NCBI GenBank assembly: GCA_030265395.1
Contig: JARFYF010000036.1
Coordinates: 24,290,529 to 24,354,528, forward strand
Reading direction: 5' to 3'
From: Rhina ancylostomus
Taxonomy: Eukaryota
Length of the DNA stretch: 64,000 nucleotides
The notes below the pieces were generated by a model. It did no database searches, had not been told where the DNA came from, and saw only the letters and a program-made list of their open reading frames with translations. The translations under genes were made by a program, and so were the position numbers. Shown here piece by piece: positions 53,228-64,000 of the stretch. Position 1 is the first letter of the stretch. Every line of letters begins with the position of its first letter.

Positions 53228-53555
53228 AGAATCGTAGCACAGAAATGGACCCTTCAACCCACCAATTCTGTGCTGACCATCTAGCACCCATTTACACCAA
53301 TCCCATTTTATTATCCCCACATTCCCATCAACTCCCCTCAGATTCTACCACTCACCTACACACCAAGGACAATTTACAGTTGCCAATTAACTTGTCAACC
53401 AGCATATGTTCAGGATGTGGGAGGAAACCATGGTGCCCAGGCAACACCTCCATTGCCACATAGGAAATGTACGAACTTCACCAACTGCACTAGAGGTCAG
53501 AATTGAACACCGGATCCTTCAAGCCATGAGGCAGCAGTTCTACTAACTGCACTGT
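53228..53555 (-). mobile_element. V-SINE (HE1-like)
   Basis: Antisense tail agcacagaaatggacccttc, V domain gatgtgggaggaaacc, head tgaggcagcagttctactaactgcac. Confidence 0.8.
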
Positions 53556-53844
53556 ATTTTAATGTCTGTTTTGGTATGTTATAAACATACAGCANNNNNN
53601 NNNNNAACACTAATTTTCTTTGTCCTTGTTTCCTTTTTCTGAAGTTTAAAGTTTAATCTAATAGCAAAAGAATCTACAAATTTTGGATAATGTATTATCT
53701 CCCTTATTTTCTAGGTTCGGGTTTGAGAGATTTTTATATGTTTCGTTCTTTTATGATTGACACTCCGACCTTTGCATGATTTTGTAAAACTTCTAACAAA
53801 AAGCTAAATGTAAATGCATTTACATTTAAGCACCTAAATAAAAA

Positions 53845-53945
53845 GTTCCAGTTCTGATAAAGGGTCTTCAACCTGAAACATTAATTGTTTCTCTTTCTAC
53901 AGATGCTACCTGACATGCTTGGTGTTTTCAGCACTTTCTGTCTTA
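53845..53945 (+). mobile_element. Penelope-derived unit with mutated hammerhead motif
   Basis: CAGTT-CTGATAA-AGGGTCTTCAACCT-GAAA-CATT-AATTG then cagatgctacctgac. Confidence 0.65.
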
Positions 53946-54243
53946 AAGCATCAAAGCTTTTTGTATTGAGTGAAAATGTGGCAGTGCATTTGTGAGTTTG
54001 ACCTGCTGCTGGAAAAATCACCAAGTTCTTCAAAATATGATATTTGTATTAACTGCAATCTTATTTGATATATTGAGCTTTGTATGAAACCTATCATGTT
54101 GATGAACAATTATTTTAGCCTTTTCATTAGAAATTAGATGATCTCAGTGGTGACTCGTTGTAAGCTGCTCTCTGCATTACATTTACTATAATCATTCTAC
54201 TCTTAACTTTTGTGTCACTAAGTATTACTAATAATGTTATTTT

Positions 54244-54386
54244 ATGACCTTGCACCTTATTGTTTTTACCCTGTACTACCTCAATGCACTGTGTACCAAC
54301 TGTACGAATTGATCTGTACGAATGGTATGCAAGACAAGTTTTTCCACTGTACCTGGGTACAAGTGACAATAATAAACCAATACCAA
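54244..54386 (+). mobile_element. Rex1/Babar 3' UTR fragment
   Basis: Near-identical to 12340-12505. Confidence 0.7.
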
Positions 54387-54924
54387 AGAATTATTTTGCA
54401 TATAACAACATTTTCTCTTTTAATATTATGTATAACTATAATTTTTTAATAAATGCACTTTCTTTTAAATTGGGAAAGGCAGCCTTGATGCAGAAGAAAG
54501 TGAGAGTTGGGTTTTGGGCAGATCAATTTGTGCAGTCGATCCTTACTGGAAAATTAAAGTTGTGCCTACAGCATCATAACAGATCTACAGCTAGTAATAC
54601 AGATGTGATTTGCTGCTGCCCTCCAGCTGACTGGCTGAGACCCTCTCAAACTATCTAGCGTTTTAAATGAATTAAAGAAAAATATCTTGATTAAATATTA
54701 ATGTTGCAAATTTCTTCTTCTTCTTCTTCTTCTTCTCCTCACTTCTTGCTCCCAGTGTCACCCCTTGTTTCTGTAATTGCATGCTCTTGTTTACTAAGGA
54801 AATGTTAACCACAGTGGCTCCATGTTTGTGCCTCAGACTCTGCTGAACTTGGTTGAGAGGGAGAAAGAGAGAGGGCTCTAATGGTTGTTACTTTTTGCTG
54901 GTATGGGTGGATGATAGAGAAAAG

Positions 54925-55032
54925 AGCCCTGATAAAGTGTCTCGAACTGAAATGTCAACTGCTTATTTCCCTCCATAGATGCTGCCTGACCCATTGAGTT
55001 CCTCCAGCATTTTGTGTGTATTGCTTCAGATT
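54925..55032 (+). mobile_element. Penelope-derived (MER6-like) unit with mutated hammerhead motif
   Basis: ctgataaagtgtctcgaactgaaatgtcaactg...gatgctgcctgacccattgagttcctccagcattttgtgtgt. Confidence 0.75.
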
Positions 55033-58000
55033 CCGGCATCTGCAGAATCTCATGACTTGGTCAGAGATCCCTTTTCTTGATCTCTACATTCATTGACCCA
55101 TCAGCTATGCCACTCAAGCTTAAAATAGATTATCAGCAAGCACTTGTATAATAAATGATCATTTGAAAGTTAATAGGGTTGTTCACAATCATGGAATTTT
55201 TTGTGAATGTCAGTCAATAATATTTGGCAACTGAGTGCAAGAAACAAAGATAGAAACTACGATGTTTGGGTGGGGAAAGAGGGAATGGTTGGATTGTGGA
55301 GGAGTAGTAGTGTGCATTGTAGAATAGTTTGAATTGTAGTGATGGTATCTTTACTTCCAATCTTTTGATGCTGTTTTGGGAGGGATACACTTTTTTCTAA
55401 ATGTAATGTTGAACAAGTAGTTAAAAAGGTGTGCAGGCTTGAAAATATGATCTTATGAAGGTTTGCAATGAGAGATTGGGCCTTTGGTCAGTATGGGAAT
55501 CAACTGGTGACTAGGTGGAAGGAAATGGTGTAGCTTACCTCAAAACTTGCGCTGATCTGTGTAAACCAACGGTAGTAAGTAATATTTTATCCAGTGTATT
55601 GGTAATTGGTGCAAATTGATGAACAAAACATCTTTGTGTAAAGAAACTCAAATGAGGGGGAAACCACTGTGTTAACAACCATTTATAGTAGCTTACGGCA
55701 TAGAAACAGACACTTCGGCACTTCAAGTCCATGCCGACCATCAAGCATCCAGTTAAACTTTAGGTTTTTGCTGACATAAGTATTAAATCTTATGGGGAAC
55801 TGGGTAAGGCATTTGGAGTTGTCACAGATTATCCTTGAAATTATTCATTGATACAACATGATTAAAATGCTAATTGGCTTATTTTCATTCCAATGGAATT
55901 TAACATGTGGTATAATTGTGTATTTTGATTGATCCTAAAAACTTAACTTGAAAATTTGTAATTGGTAACTTGATTGTGCAGAAAAATGGATTTTATTTTT
56001 TAATGGCCGGCCAGCTGATCTACCACCCACTTCCATTGGGTAATGGAATACTTGGAGAAGAGACCAATTGTATTTCTGGACAGGAATAAACAGCTACATT
56101 TTTCCCCTTCAAGGTACTGGTAGATGATTTTAGTTCCGCATCTCCAGTCCATTACTTTCTCTCCAGTAGAATGATGTGAACATCAGTCAAGAACTGACCA
56201 ATCTTATTTTAAATAGGTTTAATTATCAGCATGTTCACTGTTTCTATTTAATGCCTGATTATTGGGGAAGGGGGTGGGGGGGGAGAGAGAGGGGGAAGGA
56301 GAAAACTTGCACAAAATAAGGAATCTTGTATCTATTCTTGTGGAGCATGGATATAATTTTCCTTATTCCATTCACTTTCATTTCTCCTGTGATCTTGTTG
56401 TTCCAAACATAATATCATCCAGGTGTATAGTTCCTGAGACACTGGCAGTTTTCCCAGTGTCTTGCAAAAGTGACTTTTTAATTTAATATTGGACAGTGAC
56501 TGCTAGAAGATGTTCATTGTATGAACCTTTCATAATAGAGCACATTTTGTATTCACCTAGCATTCATAACTTTCCAATGGGAATAAAAATGAAACTATAT
56601 TCGTAATGCTTCATATGTAATGAATTATTCTGAAATACTACTTGCTCTTGGGCATATGTGATGCGTATTAGTATGCTGTGTTCTTTTAAATTATTTTATT
56701 GTCATAATAGTCATTAATATTTTGAAAGACTGAACCCTCCTGGCCAGTATGCACTGCTATACCACCGTTTGTAATTAGGATTTGGAGTAGGCCTTCTGCT
56801 AAATACCAGCAACTAAGCCAAATTCAATAGAGTTATAACTGAGGCAAGTTTAATTTTTTTCCCCCCAATACCTTTGCTGCTAAGACTAGTTGAGAAGCCT
56901 TACCTTAAGTAACTCCTAAACGATCTTTTTAAAAAAAAGTTTTGAGAAGCTCTACACAATGCTCTATACTGTATTTATTTCATGGGCTGTGTGGAAGATT
57001 CCTCAATAGATGTTTTTATGCAAGTAAGATCCATCAAATAGTTGGGGATTTATATGGGGTATTTCGGAAATGCATGCTGTTGTTGTTTTAGTAAGTGCCC
57101 ATGTCTTTTGGCTGCTGCTGCCTTCCAAAAGAAGAGCCACTCAGTATCTAGCTAATCTAACTTTGCATTGTGCACTCCCTTTTATTTGCTTTGCATCAAA
57201 AGTAGAAATCTTGTGGGCAATCTGAAGAGTTTTTTGAACCAAAAATGGACATTTCAATGGCCTCTCTGTAAATGGGTATGGTGATAGCCTTGTCCAAATA
57301 ACCTGCAGCCATTTTATCAGACTAAGACAGGAAGTTTCTTTTGAAGGACTTTCAGTGGTGAAATCTGGTACTTTCATGATTACCATTCTGGTGCTCACTT
57401 TTATTCCAGATTTAATTAATTCAACTTAAGTTTCCCAGCTGCCTCAGCATTTGACTTCCTGCCTTTAAAATCCTTTGTCCCAGTTAAAACACTTAACTCC
57501 TGTGCTGCTGTCATCTCAAGAATGTGCAAGAGCAGCCTGCTGCACAGCTTTACCTGCTGTCACAACACTCGAGCACTTTGCCCTCCAGGTTACTGGGATT
57601 GCTGAGGCAGTGCCTCCCATGAAGTGGCAATAGACCTGTAGAGTTGGTCCGTTCCCTCAAGGAATGCCACACTAATGATCTCACCATTATCGTCCTGCTT
57701 GTGTCCTTTGTTTCCTTTCAGTCAGCTAGTCACCTGTGCTAAGATCCTGCAGTCTGATGGACTTTAAGACCCAGAAAAGCTTGACAGTACCTTGTGTGGC
57801 TGTCTGCAGTTCTTCCACCAATAATCAGCAGTCTTCCACCAGCCACTAGCCAGTCAGAGGCCCCCTACAATGAGTGCTAACGTAATGCACAACATAATTC
57901 ATTGATATCTCCATCCAAAATGGCACAGTTGATTTCTAAGTTTGCTTTGGAATATTTTTGTATTTGTGTATAATTTTGGATTGTGGCCAAGCTGATGGCA

Positions 58001-58164
58001 TTATGGTCAGTGACAGAGGGAAGATAAGGAATGGAACTGTTAGCAAATTGGGATCAGAAGTTGTTCATTGATACTGTGGTATTTGCTACCAATATAGTCT
58101 AATGAGTTGCTCATAGATGGCATCTTCCTGCTTCCCAGCTCCTTGTCAATTACTGTGGCAGGAA

Positions 58165-59300
58165 ATGTGCCCTTGTGATGGTGAGGTTACGTACTATGTG
58201 GCAGGCCACCTCTTGACACCTGTTCAGCCAAATTCTTCAGGGCACCTCCAAAACAGTGTAATCATTGTTTATGTGTGCTAATGGTAGGCTCTTCATGTCT
58301 TGCATGGCATCTTTGTAAGCATGCTGTTTGTGTGTGTATGTGAGTTACACATGGGAGTCATGAGTCAGTGAATACCCCTTGCCTCAGTTTCATTTGTCAT
58401 GATGCCTCAAATTGCAGGGCATGCATTGGACTGGAGCAGATTCTTAATTACCATGACACTAGGCATTGACCTATGTTATATGATGATATTAGTCACATGC
58501 CAGTGGGATGTTAAGAGAGCGCAATCTATTTTCCTCTCAGACCTGATATGATGCTTGGAGAGCAAGAAGATACAAGTTAATGGTTTTAGAGCAGCGTAGA
58601 GGCAAGGCTAGTGGAGCTGCTGCCTCACAGTTCCAGTGATCCAGGTTCATTCCTGACCTTGAATGCCTTCTGGGTGGAGTTTACATGTTCTCCCTGTGAC
58701 TGCATGGGTTTCTCCCAGGTTCTTCAGTTTCCTCCTACATCCCAAAGATATGCAGATTGGTAGGTAAATTGGCCACAATAACTTGCCCTGAGTATGTAGG
58801 AGAGTAGTGGTAGCTGGAGGGAATGTGGAAGGATAAAATAAGATTCATGTAAATGTGTGCTTGATAGTTGGTGTGGACTCCTTGGGCTGAAAATCCTGTT
58901 TCTGTACTGTATGATTCAGTGACTCTCTACACAAAGAAGCCCACAATCCTCAAAGACCATTGCTGTCTCCACCTGCTGCTCTCTAGCAAGAGAGAATGAA
59001 ATGTAATCTGATCATTCAAGTCGTATGTTAGCTATTTCTTCTCACAAAGGATAGAATGCTGTGCAATGCTGGAAAATTTTCCAGCTCTGACCTGGAAGGA
59101 ATCTGATACAATAAGGTAATGGTCTCTGTTCGATAGGGTAAGGACCACAATGCCAGTGATAGAGATTTTACTTGTGAATAGAACAGATTTTGGTGAAGAT
59201 GCTCCCACTGAACTACTGATGCCTTTGTGGACACTTCTGCACTGAGATTTAGCTAGAATAATTGCTTCTTGAACACCCTGGCAGGTTAGGTCTCGTGGTG
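58165..59300 (-). pseudogene. Harbinger (HARBI1-like) DDE transposase relic split by a SINE
   Basis: In order on minus: PARVFKKQLF*LNLS, FSGSIFTKICS, SDSFQ, RSLNIPLACD...VNA, GKGYSL/LMTPMCN, TISTHKQ*LHCFGGALKNLAEQVSR, VACHIVRNLTITRA. Confidence 0.7.
58588..58928 (+). mobile_element. V-SINE (HE1-like) nested in the Harbinger relic
   Basis: ctagtggagctgctgcctcacag...ggttcattcctgacc...ctgcatgggtttc...cctgtttctgtactgtatga. Confidence 0.85.
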
Positions 59301-59739
59301 AGAGCGCCACTTTAAGCCCCTATCCCGCTCCTTTTTNNNNNNNNNNNNNNNNNNNNNNNNNNNNNNNNNNNNNNNNNNNNNNNNNNNNNNNNNNNNNNNN
59401 NNNNNNNNNNNNNNNNNNNNNNNNNNNNNNNNNNNNCCTTTTTTTCTCTCCCCCCCCCCCCACCCAATCCTTGTGAATGGCCTCTGCTCATTCTTCAATC
59501 ATGATGTATTTGGAGAACAGTACCTACTGATGCACCCTTACCAGGGGAGCAGTTCTTTTAAACAGGTACCCTGAAGTAAGGATAGTTCTTCAGCACCTGT
59601 CAGACTGCACCCTTTAGACATTTAAAGTAGTACAAAAGGCACCAAACACTTGCGCAATCATAGTGGTTTCCAATGGATATCGATCAGCAATTAACTTGAA
59701 AGTAATTGATCCCTTTTAATTAGTGCTGGGGTGATCTAT

Positions 59740-60410
59740 AATACAATTTCAAATAAAATCCCAATCTTGTTGTCACATTTGACTCCCAGCTAAGTTTCCA
59801 ATCTTCTAATGATCACTACTTCAACCTATATATGACACTGTGCAACTCTAGTTTCAGTCTTGCCTTTTATTCATTTATCCCCAAAACTCTTAGGCTGTTA
59901 CCTGTTTAGACTTGTCTTTTTCCCTACACTTGTAATTTTGAGGTGGTCCATCTCCTAACTTGTACCACATCCCATATACTTTTCACCCCATGTGCTTAAT
60001 GACCTGTGCTGGCTCTTGGTTAAACACCAAGATTTTAAAATTCTTATTCTTGTTTTGAAATCTCTTCTTGTTCTTGCCCATTGCTTTCTTTTCTCTAGTC
60101 CCATAACACTGAGAGACTTGTCTTCTGAAACTGGCCTTTTGAACATCCCTGAATTTAATGGCTGTACCACTGGCAGCCACAACTTCAGTTAACAAGGCCA
60201 CAAGCTCCAGTTCCCCTCTTGAACCACTCTAACTCTCCCTTTTCAGGCACCCTTTAAGACCTCTTTCATTATCATTAAACAAGCCTTGGCCATCTATATT
60301 AATATCTAGTGTAACCTGGTATAAATTTTTGTTTTATGATGCCCATTTGAAGTGCTTTGGATTTTGTATTCGCTCTGGTAAAGGTGCTGTATAAACGGAA
60401 GTGTTGATGA
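59740..60410 (+). mobile_element. L2-clade LINE 3' fragment
   Basis: LNDLCWLLVKHQDFKILILVLKSL; ends aaaggtgctgtataaacggaagtgttg. Confidence 0.7.
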
Positions 60411-63400
60411 AGTAGACTGGTGTCAAATCAGCATTACATATTAGTGTTGCAATCTACCTATTATGATTAGCTGCAAGCTTGCTAAAGTCTTCACCCTTGC
60501 TGTATCTAGTGTAAAGCTACTACAAGTATGTGTGCATGCATTTGATTCTCGGCTAAACAGTTTTTCATTAATTGCAAGTTATGATGAGCACAGACCATAT
60601 TTTTTTGACATAGGAGGAAGCCATTGAGCCTCTGACTTGCAGAGCAATCCTATTTCCTCACTAATTTTCCTTGTGACTTATCCTCCCCACCATTCCTTAT
60701 TACAATCATTGCTTTTCTCATCCCCATTTAAACTGTGGTCACCAATATACAAGAGAAATATTCAAGCTGCGATGCAGCTTGAGGAGGGGGGAGTAACCAT
60801 CTAAGGCTGATCCCCAGCAAATGAGTTGAGCTCTTTCAAAAGACAGAAGAAACCCAGGCTCTATGGTATTAATAGAATGTCGCAGAGAAGTGATCATATG
60901 AGATGCAACAAAAGTAAATAGTAAAGGAAATTCAAAAAAGGCCATGATAATGTGATTTCTCAAGACTGAGAGCAACATTTGTAGAAAGAACTGAATTTCT
61001 TTGATCTTGCTGTTTTTTTGGGGCTTGTCCCTAAATGGAGGCTACTTAGTATATTTTGGTAAACTATTAAAACCCATGCCACTTTCTGAACAGAAAGAGG
61101 CAAGGTTCTTTGGCCCAATTCAATGTCCACCTCTCACTAATTTGGCATCATTATTTGAATGAACTGATTTGTTTGGTTACCTGAAAATTGTCTACACTTC
61201 AGCTGCTTTTGCAGTTCAAAAGGGATCTTAGACACTTGTTGCATCCTCAAAATGGTTCTATTTAAAATAATCTGGACTGACTACAAGTATGTGTTTTACC
61301 CCACGTATGAGTGCCAACTGCAGTTGATGTTATTTCAAGATTTCTGCCTTGCCATAGAAATTTATTAAGATGAAAGGGAAGGTACAGTTTTCCACCTTTC
61401 CCATGCATTTCTTTGTGGCAGATTCCAGATGTGTGTACATCTTTCATGTTATCAAGTTATTTGAAATGGTGTAGTGGCACTGGAAGAACAAGTGGAGAAT
61501 GTGATGATCCTAGAAGGTAAAATTCATCTCCATCTGTTGCTGTACTTCATAAGTATTTGTGGAGCTTGGCCAAATATAAGGTGTAATGTTTCATTACCAA
61601 AACAATTGTTTGGATTTTTTTAAAAAATTGCTGTAAGATCTGGTGACAAGGAGGTACTGAATTCTGCAAAACTTATTTTTAAGAAACTGCATCACAGGTA
61701 ATCCCCTTGTTGTCTGGTTCAGTATAGCAAGTGCTCCACCATCAGGGAGGTTCGAAGAGAAGTGCTGCCTACACGTTGGCAGCTGCCTACAAGTTGGCCA
61801 AGTATGCAGCAGACAAAAACAGTGACCAAATAAAATAATGGATGGAAAGAACCAAATTGAGTCACTGAACTAGATTTCAGAGAAGAGAAGAATGTAAATG
61901 TTTATAGTGTTGCCAGAAAGCCTGCACAGGAATATTTGCAGAATTGTAAAGATTTAAATCTATTTTGTATCAACCCTGACAATCACTGTTCAATTATACT
62001 GTAACTGGAAAAACAGCTGGGGCACTTAAACCGCATAAATATAATGAAATATTAACAAAGTATATTCTATTTACTGATTTGTAGAAATATCTGCAAAATG
62101 ATGCATATTTGTTATGGTTTATAATTTGCATTTTTCCCTTCATTATCACGTTTGTGCAAACCATTTTGAAAAGTATAAATGATGGTAATCTACTTGGAAT
62201 AGTTATGTATTAGCATTTGCAAAATAGTTTTGGATGATGAAAGCTTTTTTAGCTGATAAGATCTAATCTTTCTGGTTTACTGACCCTGCTATTTCCTATT
62301 AGAGTATATATTTCTGGCTTTGATTAGCCTTTCTGACAACATTTTCTTTAAACAGTCTGTGTAAAAAAAAAGGATGCTTCCTATTAAGTGTTCAGCATAC
62401 ATTAGATGTGGCCTAACAGGAACACTCAATAACTACTGGGTGATTTTGGAAATCTGTACTCAACTAATTTTGTAAATGTGCTCCATTGGGGAAAAAGGAG
62501 ATCCATTTTGGTTACCTCATCCTGACGTTCCTTGTATGTCCCCCTCCTGATTATATATTGAATGAATGGAAATTTTTCATTCAAAATGCTAGAAGTGCCC
62601 TATTTTCTGTTCTTTCTCTATAATACTTTCTTTCACACCAAGTCCAGAGGATCTTTGCACTCCCCATAACTAGAATGGTTTTTTTTATTTGCCTTGCGTC
62701 TTGTTTTGTAACTAAAATTTAACTCTAGATGAGATCTGCCCTTTTTTTTGCTGGATCTTTTTTGACCTGGTCTGGGCTCAGCCAGCAATGTATTAATTAA
62801 CTTGGCTATTAAAGATCACCAGTTTGGAGTATTTCATTGGAGCTTGTTGAGTCCTAATTGGGGAGGGGGAGGGAGAGGAAGGAAGCCAGTCTCATGGTTA
62901 AAAATCAGTTCAGTCGTGGTATTGCTTAACATGTACAAGCACAGACTTGATCATCTGTTGTAGCACACCCTTTTAGACCTTCTCACCATGCATAGTGCTG
63001 ACAGAGGTGCCTGCTGCAATGTGTTTTGTATTTGGGCACATTGCATTTTCCTGATTATGTTCCCTCGCTCGGTTATATTGTTTTCCAGAGGCAATGGCAA
63101 TAATATGATGACTAGGTATTAACAGAAACCCTTTGTTGTATTAAGGAACTTGTACCCCTGTCATTTAAATTAAACCACTTCTGAGCTTGGTGCAGTGGAG
63201 GACTCTCAAACCTGTTGTGTGGGAGCTCTTCAAAATTGTCAGTGAAACCATGGGCACGTTTACAAGATGGTCAAAGCATTAGTGTAGGAAAATTCCCATG
63301 AAATTTTGGGATTCTCCTTGGAATATACTGTGATCATTAGCCATCTCCATTAGATTCCATGCAGATAGATATATTGTGCCTTTGCAAGAAGTAACAGGTT

Positions 63401-64000
63401 TGCGATTTCTCATGTTTTCATATTTTCTTAATCATTAGGGAGGCTATTTGAATAGTTCCATTTCCGTGTAACCTAGTTTCTTGCATGCCTATCATCTCCA
63501 CCCTAATCCTCCAACAACCCACCTAACTGCACCAGAGATAATTAGCAACTGCNNNNNNNNNNNNNNNNNNNNNNNNNNNNNNNNNNNNNNNNNNNNNNNN
63601 NNNNNNNNNNNNNNNNNNNNNNNNNNNNNNCCTTCCTTTCTCCTCTTTCGCCCCCCCCCCCCCCCCGGCCCCAACTGCTGTATATATTTATCAAGTAATG
63701 GAAACCCTGGTGCTAATTTCTGTTCATTTCACATTTTTTGTGTGGTTGGGGGGGGTGCAGCGAGAGAGCATTCAGTTTAAATAATACCATTTGGCCTTGC
63801 TTGTAAAGCTTGCTCTGCATGTTCTTATTGCTTTTTGGCTGAGGCCTGTTTTTGCACAGCTGCTTTGGCAACATGAGTTGGAGTTCCTCAAGTACATTAT
63901 TGGTACTCCAGCAAATACTAACATGGCCCTTGCATCATGTGGAAGGATTTTATTAATGAAAGTATCCAATTTTCTGGTAGGATCTTGATCAGTTTACAAT

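Overview
Eukaryotic, AT-rich, gap-containing vertebrate DNA. The repeat content (HER1/CR1 LINEs, HE1-type V-SINEs, Deu-SINEs, Rex1, RTE, L2, Penelope, Harbinger relics) points to a cartilaginous fish, probably a batoid (inference). The only clear host gene starts at a CpG island at about 30.0-32.1 kb. It has two + strand coding exons (31059-31298, 31858-32099) of a ZNF704/ZNF395/SLC2A4RG-family gene, most like ZNF704, followed by an intron running past the window end. Most notable: (1) an isolated, intact, GC-rich PACSIN3-like SH3 exon with its own splice signals lies antisense inside that intron, apparently inserted into a CR1 tail; (2) about ten Penelope-associated minimal hammerhead-ribozyme motifs; (3) a solo LTR with a perfect 5-bp TSD splitting a CR1; (4) several fossil Harbinger Myb/SANT and transposase genes; (5) a probable bidirectional promoter; (6) an apparently ancestral N-terminal domain retained in the ZNF704-like protein. 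All family calls come from reading the sequence and recalled motifs, not database searches, and repeat boundaries are approximate. I found no convincing wholly new multi-gene system.
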